Shown here in pieces: positions 55,984-64,000 of a DNA stretch of 64,000 bases. The notes under the pieces are model-generated. The model was not told the origin of the DNA, did no database searches, and was given only the letters and a program-made list of their open reading frames with translations. The DNA is from Octopus sinensis. Lineage: Eukaryota. The DNA lies in assembly GCF_006345805.1 (NCBI RefSeq), contig NC_043008.1, forward strand, positions 78,306,001-78,370,000. The letters run 5' to 3'. The translations under genes and the position numbers were made by a program. How positions within the stretch are numbered: position 1 is the first letter of the stretch; each line of letters starts with the position of its first letter.

Positions 55984-56023
55984 AAGAAATTACCGGTTTC
56001 GCGTGTAGCTTTTCAAATTTCTT
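55984..56023 (-). ncRNA. Minimal hammerhead ribozyme, U3-A8 core variant (sense copy in the PLE 3' UTR)
   Basis: Reverse complement reads aagaaat-TTGAAAA-gctacacgc-GAAA-ccgg-TA-atttctt. Confidence 0.7.
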
Positions 56024-56159
56024 GTGACGTTATGTTTATATTGCATGGAATTATCGTTGTTTTTATTTCCAGGAGATTTCTAAATAAGGGGAGGTAGTGA
56101 GTGATTTTTTCCGGTGTAGGGGAGATAATCGCTTAAAAATTTTTTTTCCCTTTTCCTTG

Positions 56160-57524
56160 TTAATTTCTCTGTGTCAGTATGTTCGGATGGTTGAGTCTGG
56201 GTTTGTACTTTTCAATGAAGAATGTTTCCTTGTTCAGTCTCATTTGTGTTGATGATCCGAAAGCACATTGGTAAAATGGGAAGATTAAAAATTGTGGCAG
56301 TAGTTGCTTTGCGCATTTCTCAATGTGCTCACTAAAAGGTATCATTCTATATTCTGGGAATGCAATCTGTTGTCGATGCAGTGTGCATCTGCGCCTGAGT
56401 GATAGTCCCGTGGAACCCACGTAGTCTTGGTGGCAGCCCGAGCATTTAATAACATAAATTATGTTTTCAGAGGCACAAGTAAAGTTAGATTTGATCTTAA
56501 ATTTCTGTCCCTCTTTAAAGAAGAATTCTGATCCTTCCAATAGGTTAGGACATGTTGCACAGTTCGATCTACCACATTTTTTTACTTTTGCATCCGTAAT
56601 TTTAGAAGACAATTTTGCCTTTGTGAGAATCTTTTTAAGTGATTTAGGCTGTTTGTAGCTTTTAATGATTTGGTGTATGTTTAGAATTTCCTTTAATTTT
56701 GGGTTTTTATGAAGTATTGGTAAATTCTGGGTGATGATGGTGAAGGCTTCTTTGTTTCTGGGGTTGTATGTAGATATGTAAGGTAGTATTTTCGGGGAAG
56801 GTGTGTTGTTGTGTTGAACTTTTCTTAAAGTTTCTATGTTGATTTCTGTTGCACGTCTGATCCCATCCTCTATGAGTTGAGCTGGGTAATGTCTGTCAAT
56901 TAGGGTGTTTTTGAGTTCTTGCAGTCTAAAGTTCCTGGTATTTTGTTCTGACACTATTGTGCATATCCTTCTTGCAAGGTTGAAGGGGATGTTTGTTTTA
57001 GTGTGTCTTGGGTGGCATGAATTAAAAAGAAGGTATTGTTTGGCGTCTGTGGCTTTGTAAAAAATGTCTGTTTCTATTTTAAGGTTAATTTTTTTAATTA
57101 GTATATCCAAGAACGGGAGCTCCTTTTGGTTGTATTCCATTGTGAACTGTATATTTGGGTTTATGCTGTTCAATAGGTTTTTAGATTTTAGGATTTTATC
57201 TATGTTTTCATTCCAGAGAATGAAACAATCGTCTAGGAATCGTTTCCAATTCTCTTTTATGTATTGAGAGAGGGAGTTTCCAAAGATTGATAGAGATTCC
57301 TGGTAAATGATTATTTCCATGTATCCCATTGTTAAGTTCGCAATGACTGGTGCTGCCCTTGTACCCATAGCAATTCCGGATTTTTGACGGTAAAATGTAT
57401 TGTCAAACATGAAGTGGTTATTGTGTAGGATGAATTCAATTGATTTAGTAATGAATTCCTTACTGATCCTTTTTGGTATTTCTTCCGGAAATTGGTCTAA
57501 CCAGAATTGTATTGCCTCCAGTCC
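56160..57524 (-). CDS. Partial PLE polyprotein: RT palm/thumb plus GIY-YIG endonuclease (stop-free, 5'-truncated, no native start)
   Basis: GIAMGTRAAPVIANLTMG, KRFLDDCFILW, LPFLDI, YLLFNSCHPRH, CGRSNCATC, NIIYVIKCSGCHQDYVGST, LRRRCTLH, PFSEH, RLNKETFFIEKYKPRLN. Confidence 0.9.
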   Translation of the reverse strand, partial: GLEAIQFWLDQFPEEIPKRISKEFITKSIEFILHNNHFMFDNTFYRQKSGIAMGTRAAPVIANLTMGYMEIIIYQESLSIFGNSLSQYIKENWKRFLDDCFILWNENIDKILKSKNLLNSINPNIQFTMEYNQKELPFLDILIKKINLKIETDIFYKATDAKQYLLFNSCHPRHTKTNIPFNLARRICTIVSEQNTRNFRLQELKNTLIDRHYPAQLIEDGIRRATEINIETLRKVQHNNTPSPKILPYISTYNPRNKEAFTIITQNLPILHKNPKLKEILNIHQIIKSYKQPKSLKKILTKAKLSSKITDAKVKKCGRSNCATCPNLLEGSEFFFKEGQKFKIKSNFTCASENIIYVIKCSGCHQDYVGSTGLSLRRRCTLHRQQIAFPEYRMIPFSEHIEKCAKQLLPQFLIFPFYQCAFGSSTQMRLNKETFFIEKYKPRLNHPNILTQRN

Positions 57525-58027
57525 ATTCTTCTTTAAAGAGGGACAGAAATTTAAGATCAAATCTAACTTTACTTGTGCCTCTGAAAACATAATTTATGTT
57601 ATTAAATGCTCGGGCTGCCACCAAGACTACGTGGGTTCCACGGGACTATCACTCAGGCGCAGATGCACACTGCATCGACAACAGATTGCATTCCCAGAAT
57701 ATAGAATGATACCTTTTAGTGAGCACATTGAGAAATGCGCAAAGCAACTACTGCCACAATTTTTAATCTTACCATTTTACCAATGTGCTTTCGGATCATC
57801 AACACAAATGAGACTGAACAAGTAAACATTCTTCATTGAAAAGTACAAACCCAGACTCAACCATCCGAACATACTGACACAGAGAAATTAACAAGGAAAA
57901 GGGAAAAAAATTTTTTAAGCGATTATCTCCCCTACACCGGAAAAAATCACTCACTACCTCCCCTTATTTAGAAATCTCCTGGAAATAAAAACAACGATAA
58001 TTCCATGCAATATAAACATAACGTCAC

Positions 58028-58067
58028 AAGAAATTTGAAAAGCTACACGCGAAACCGGTAATTTCTT
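58028..58067 (+). ncRNA. Minimal hammerhead ribozyme, U3-A8 core variant (inverted-arm copy)
   Basis: aagaaat/atttctt 7-bp stem I; TTGAAAA 58035-58041; gc/gc stem II; GAAA 58051-58054; ACCGGT palindrome; GUA triplet at 58058-58060. Confidence 0.7.
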
Positions 58068-58204
58068 TAAAAATTTTTAAATTATGTCATTTTAAGGAAA
58101 GGAAAAAAAATTTTTCCAATATTCTCCAGACATTTTGTCGTTTTTTCACACTTTACTATTTTCTTATATATTCACCCACGTGCTTTACCAAACAAACTTT
58201 CTTA

Positions 58205-58263
<59 letters not shown>

Positions 58264-58286
58264 TATATATATATACATATATATAC

Positions 58287-58317
<31 letters not shown>

Positions 58318-58367
58318 ATATATATATATATACATATATACATATATATATATACACACACATATAG

Positions 58368-58582
58368 GAGAGACGTTAGCACGCCGGGCGAAGTGCTTCG
58401 CGGTATTTCGCCCGTCGCTACGTTCTGAGTTCAAATTCCACCGAGGTCGACTTTGCCTTTCATCCTTTCGTGGTCGATAAATTAAGTACCATTACGCACT
58501 GGGGTCGATGTAATCGAATTAATCAGTTTGTCTGTCCTTCTTTGTCCCCTCTATATTTAGCCCCTTGTGGGTAATAAAGAAA
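58368..58582 (+). mobile_element. SINE family B
   Basis: acgttagcacgccgggcgaagtgcttcgcggtatttcgcccgtcgctacgttctgagttcaaattccaccgaggtcgactttgcc...gtaatcgaatt..gtaataaagaaac. Confidence 0.88.
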
Positions 58583-58614
58583 CATATATATATATACATG
58601 CATTTTGGTGTCTG

Positions 58615-58782
58615 TATTTGTCACCCCACTATCACCTGAGAACCGATGTTGGTGTGTTTACGTCCCCGTAAATTAACGGTTCGACAAAAGAGACCAATAG
58701 AATAATTCCTGGGATCGATTTGTTTGACTAAAGGCGGTGCTCCAGCATACATGCAGTCAAATGACTGAAACAAGTACAAGAA
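58615..58782 (+). mobile_element. SINE family A 3' half
   Basis: ccgatgttggtgtgtttacgtccccg..cggttcgacaaaagagacc..aaaggcggtgctccagca..aatgactgaaacaag. Confidence 0.8.
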
Positions 58783-59179
58783 TGAGTGTGGAAAGGTGTG
58801 TATGGGAGTATATTTTTGTGAATATGTATATATACAAGGTGGAAAAAATAGTTCTCGAATACCGAAGGTAGGGTAATATGCTTTTATTAAACGGTTTGTG
58901 AAGATTTTTTTCAACTTAGTAAAAGTATATATTCATGTGTATGTATATATATGCACAAAATATACTCACACACGCACTCCCAAACACAGACACATAGATA
59001 TATAAATAAACAATGTGTACCAACATACATATAGATCTCGTTTTATCTTGAGGAGTTCGGTTAAACGAACGAAAGCGTTAATAAAGAATTATCCAAAATT
59101 CTGACTGATTCCTTTTTCTTAATGTACAATATCAGTACACTACTTCAAACATTCTATACATAAATTTATATACACGTAT

Positions 59180-59237
<58 letters not shown>

Positions 59238-59786
59238 TTCCAATACACATATATATCTATAAACACATATACAGGTATATAATTACTATGCATATATATC
59301 TATATACACACATATATATGTATGCATATATACATACATGCTCAAGTCTATACGTATATGTACCCATATCTATATATATTTATGTATACGAAAACACAGG
59401 CACATATGTATTTATATGTGCTATATATGTATGTATCGATATGCTTTTGTTTGCTGCCCGACCACAACTGTATGAAAATCGATGTGGTTTTTGTTGATGT
59501 CTCCGCAATTTAGCAGTTCGACCATAGCAATGGTAGGGTATATACTAGATTTAGAAAATGTGTAGTTTTGTCCATTTGCATAACTAAATTCTTCAATGCA
59601 GTGCCCCAGCATGGCCACAATTAAATGACTGAAACGTGTACATGATAAAAGATAAAGGTACACGTATATACGCATACACATATCAGTACACAGTTTTCCA
59701 TGTATACACATATATGTCTATATACACATAAATCAACACACACATATACACACAGACAGGCACGCACGCACACGCACGCACACATA

Positions 59787-60985
59787 CACGAGGAGATACC
59801 CAAAAATAATCGGAAACGTTCTCCGTGGGACAAGCCCGCTGTAGCTCAGGCTTCCGCCGCTAGAGGTCACTTGATGCGACTCCCAGGCATCATTCTGCCG
59901 ACCGGTGTCGAGTCGACGACTGTAGTCCTACTACTACTTAGTGTGTCTTCGTTTTGCAGTGCTTCTCTCCTGTTCGTCGGTTTTTGCGATTGCTGAAACG
60001 AAGGAACAGAGTGCTTCCGTAAATTTCTGTTTCTGCTGGGGAAAACGATGGCCAAAATAGTTGTCATGCTTCAAACAGCTTGCAAGGACGCTGCCATGTG
60101 CAAAACACATGTTCACGAGCGGTTTTCACGCTTTAGGAATGGTTACTTGTCGCTTGAAGACCAACCTCATTCAGGACGACTGTCGATCTCCCGAACGAAT
60201 AAAGAGATCCCGAAAATTCATGAACTGACCTTGGAGGGCCGTCGCCGAACAATTGACGAACTTGTTGATATGAGACTGGTTTGTCCTAGTGCTTCTGCAA
60301 ACAAATTGTAAGTGAGGAATTGCGAATGTTACAGCCAAATTTGTGTCATACTTGCTCACAGAAGATCAAAAACAGTCACGACTGAATGCGTGTCGCAAAC
60401 TGAAAGAACAGTTGGATGCTAATCAGGACCTTTTATCGAAGTCCACCACTTGTGACGAAAGCTGGTACTACGGCTACGACTCGGAAACGAAGCACCAATC
60501 AAATCAATGGAAGCATTTGATGTTACCACACTTCAAAGCGCTTCAAATGAAGTCCAATGTCAAGACGATGCTGATTTGTTTCATCGATACGAAAAGAATT
60601 TTCCTCACAGAATTTATTCCTCCAGGTCAAACTGTTAACCAGAAACTTTACTTGGTCGTTCTGAAGTATTTGTAAGACGCGGTGAGACGAAAACGCCCCG
60701 ACATGTGACAAAGTGGGAGTGGTGGTTTCATCACGGCAATCCGCCTGCATACACTGCCTTGAGTGTGAGACAGTTTTTGACCAAAAATGGTGTGACCCCG
60801 CTTACCCGCCATCCCTATTCACTCTATCTTGCTCCCTGCGACTTTTTTTTTTTTTTTTACTCCTCCGAATGAAAAATTCCTTAAGGGAAAACGTTTTGCA
60901 GATGTGGAAGAGGTGAAGAAAAAACGATGGAGGCGTTAAAAGGCATCTCTTCGCAAGAGCTCCAAGACTATTTCGAACACATACA
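59787..60985 (+). mobile_element. Mariner (DD34D-type) transposon, decayed transposase
   Basis: HTH WFSRFRNG-like..LEDQPHSGR; LTEDQKQSR..C; TCDESWYYGYDSETKHQSNQW; KTMLICF; GQTVN; HHGNPPAY; HPYSLYLAPCDFF; TA followed by cacgaggagatacccaaaaataatcggaa left end. Confidence 0.88.
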
Positions 60986-61109
60986 CACACAGGCATGAAA
61001 TGACTCATACTTAAACATACACGTACATAAACAGATATATAAACAGAACCTTGACGGTTGGTTATTCTTGTTGCACAAAGATCACTTTATTTGCCAACCA
61101 GCACAATGT

Positions 61110-61500
61110 TAGCATTCTCAGCAAACCTAGCGTAATTGTTAACGAACCTAATGTAATTCAAAGACACCTTTAAATGATAGTTGTCTAATTAAAGGTGTTG
61201 TGGATATGACTAAGGTACAGATTGACAATGCGCCTACATACAAAATTGACATACGTCAGCAACGAGTTTATCTAAACACGTATGGTAATTTTAAAAAAAA
61301 GCTGGTTCGGCTCCGTTGAAAATACAATGGTCTATTTTGGAGAAAGCTAACACCTACAGGTCGGGATCATACCGGAATTCTATGAAGTGTCTGTTGTGCT
61401 TTTGTGAAAAGCGTGTTATACTGTTCCAAGATAAATCTGTATCGGATCGCAAAATCGAGCTTCTGAATTTTTGTAGACACTCTTCGAAATTCTAATTTTG
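61110..61500 (+). mobile_element. Neptune-type GIY-YIG remnant
   Basis: PLNDSCLIKGVV; TSLSKHVW; IQWSILEKANTY; CLLCFCEKRVI; IELLNFCRHSSKF. Confidence 0.72.
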
Positions 61501-62129
61501 CAGGTCGATGCCACAATATAAGCTTTACCAGTCATTATCGATCTCTTAATTCATTAGTTTAAAATAATTCCGTATTTATTGGACATTTCTTGTGTTTTTC
61601 TGCTCGTCTGATTTAGTTGTATGTCATTTTTACCATAATATACTTAAGTCCTAGGCGCCTAGTGTAAAAGACACATTAGGGAACGCCCGAAGCTCCGGAC
61701 AGAAGCAAGATTCCCATGTCATTCAAACAGTGAGTAACCAGCGAATAGTTAATGCAACATTATAGGAAAACCGCACAGAAATATGCTATGACAATAGCGT
61801 CACTGGGTTTCTTATTCAATAAGAGAAGCAAAAAAAGTATGTAAGCAACTTTTAGAAAAATCCTCAATTTTTTTACAATTTCTTCTATCTACAGATAGAA
61901 GTAAATATTTCAAATTTTTGCACAAGGCCAGCAATTTGGGGAGAAGGAGTTTGGTTGGTTATATCAATCCCAATACTTGGTTGATACTTTCTTTTATCGG
62001 CCTCGAAGATATGAACGGCAAAGGTTAGCATGGCGTTGTATGAATCAGAACGTAAAGCCGGGGGAAATGCCATTAAGTAATTTTGCCAGTTCGCCTCTAT
62101 TTTTAATAATATAATGATTTCTTTATTAA

Positions 62130-64000
62130 CCACTAAAGGTTTTCAAGCAGATCGAGGACAGATTCAATATGATGTCAAGCCATAAAATTCCCCGAAAGAA
62201 GGATGCTCGTAGAAACACCACAAAACTTGGTAACCCTTGCCACTAGGGAAAATGTCTACTCCTCAAGCTCCTCTTTCAATATATAGGCACATGCTTATGC
62301 AGGCCTGTGCAATTCTATCCACATTCTATCCACATTCACCCACCTTTCAACGAATTTTCTGGAATACATCACTTCCCTCTCAACCTTGACTTTCATTTTT
62401 AAGTAAAACTTGAAAATGTAGATGTGGGCTTTAGCCCTTTCAATCTGGTCTACCAAACAACCTCGTTCACTAGGGCCATCAAACAGATAAATACTGCCCG
62501 TCATTTCCAGTTAAAGGAAGTGGAGGACAACTTTCACAAAGGGCTCAGCCGATAACCTTCCTACACATAAAACCTGGAGCTCGACATAAACTCTCAAGTC
62601 AGCAATATTCAGGCACTGGACGAATTCGTGCAGACAAGTTTTCTCGCTTTGCACGCATCTCGGACAGGCTGGCTTTCGGCAATTCCATACCTGTAGAATT
62701 TATCATGAACAGGTAATGCTCCATGGACCCTAACCCGAACGTCTTTCAGAACAGACCAACCAGTTGATTCTTGTTGGCACTTAGAGTCTCTCTGAGAACG
62801 CTGTTGCTCTTACCTGCCCCTAAACTTCTACAGAATGCTAGAGTGTAATTAATTTCTACCGATTTGTTGCCCGACTAACAGAGGGCTGTGAGTGTTTTAC
62901 GGCACCCTATATGTCGGGCACCCTATATGTCGGGCACCCTACCTCGGTCTACGCTTGATCCAGGACTGCAGCTAAATCAAGGATACAAGCTGTAGAAAAG
63001 CGAATCTGACAAACGTCGACCACACTGGCTCACTCTCAAAGAAACACTAGAGATGTCGCGGTCTGAGCGCATATCTGCGCATTACCATCCACGGCACGAG
63101 TGATGACAACAAATGGGCCATTGGAACACGTTCGTTCCACAGAAAGCGGAAGAGTAAGTCCTCCATTCTAGTCAGACATGAGCTAAGGCAAAACACGACA
63201 GTCAGGCGGTAATATATGATGGTGGTGATGTATGCACTCACCACCTATTTCGACCTTTCAGAAATAGCTTCCTCTCGGCCCATTTCTGGTTAAGAATGAC
63301 CACACTATTCGTCGCCTCGTCCAATTCTTCTTTATTTAGACATCTAAAACAAACTAAACCCCGAGCAATTTAACCGATCAGTCTATCCAGCGTGCCACGA
63401 CAATATTGGACGGCCTGGACCAGTTTCTCCCGCACGGCATAGACCTGCTTCTGTCAAGCTGCAGACCCTCTGACTTTTCTTGGTTGATATTCATTCCTGT
63501 AACCACCTCGCATGCACTTAGAGAAGTGCAAATCATGTGTGTGCCAGGTGTGTCCACGTATGCCGACACGCTTGTCTTATGTTCTGAACATATACAGAAC
63601 ATGCCTCTCAACATATCCAGTTCCCGTAGTACTTGCAGAAGCGATGAGAAGGGACTAACCGAGTGCTTAATGCTAGGTGAATATTCACACGAACCACTGG
63701 ACAGATGTCGCTGTGCATTGCGGCAATCCAGCCACGGAAGACGGTACCGAAACGGGTCGCTACGGAAACAGACTCTAAGCATCGATGGTCAGCTTTATCG
63801 AAAGCCTTTGACTGATCCAAATTATTTATGACTCCACCCATGCGAGGTTGTTTACCCATCCTCTCTGTGATGTATTGCATGAGCTGGAGCTTGTTATGGA
63901 TAAATATGCTTGGGGTAGTGATTGTTTGCACCAACCTCTTCGCTAACACTCTGGAGAAAATTTTGAAATCTACGTTCAGCAAAGTTATGAGCCTTAAAAT
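62130..64000 (-). mobile_element. Tx1/L1-clade LINE, decayed; runs off the window end
   Basis: LNVDFKIFSRVLAKRL, LDQSKAFDKADH, FGTVFRGWI, VSAYVD, INQEKSEGL, LFRFLWN, C-terminal FKFYLKMKVKVEREV..FVERW. Confidence 0.88.
62901..62941. repeat. 16-bp tandem repeat, about 2.6 copies
   Basis: ggcaccctatatgtcg at 62901-62916 and 62917-62932, partial at 62933-62941. Confidence 0.92.

Larger units (their letters stand above)
55843..58170 (-). mobile_element. Young 5'-truncated Naiad/Poseidon-type PLE with an inverted pLTR (palindromic locus)
   Basis: Arms 55843-56526 (684 bp) and 57525-58170 (646 bp) are inverted, near-identical copies; about 1-kb unique RT spacer; (TA)n on or near both flanks. Confidence 0.93.

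Noticed and set aside
57525-57590. Apparent start MFSEAQVKLDLILNF of the 476-aa ORF, and ORF 57400-57825
   Set aside because: Created by reading through the inverted arm; the same peptide appears at 56461. Not the native N-terminus.

Overview
Animal (metazoan) genomic DNA, AT-rich and full of microsatellites. The SINE families and repeat landscape suggest an octopod cephalopod, but this is inference only. No host gene could be identified, so the window is probably intronic or intergenic. It is mostly a transposon graveyard. Penelope-like elements (PLEs) dominate, with at least 8 copies of two lineages (Neptune-type and Naiad/Poseidon-type). Also present are RTE, CR1, Tx1/L1, R4/Dong and HERO-like non-LTR elements, two mariner remnants, a Chapaev3-like and a Sola-like DNA transposon, two non-autonomous Helitrons and two SINE families. 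The most interesting signal is a set of six hammerhead-ribozyme (HHR) motifs in PLE terminal repeats, in three structural variants: canonical minimal, long stem II, and a U3-A8 core variant. The U3-A8 variant occurs twice, in the arms of a young palindromic PLE whose truncated RT-GIY-YIG frame is still open. Other notable points are recurrent fold-back (inverted-repeat) architecture, a GIY-YIG motif split by a roughly 180-codon Asn/Ser/Thr insert, and a near-identical 380-bp duplication of a Tx1 fragment beside the young PLE. All family calls come from motifs read by eye; no database search was run.
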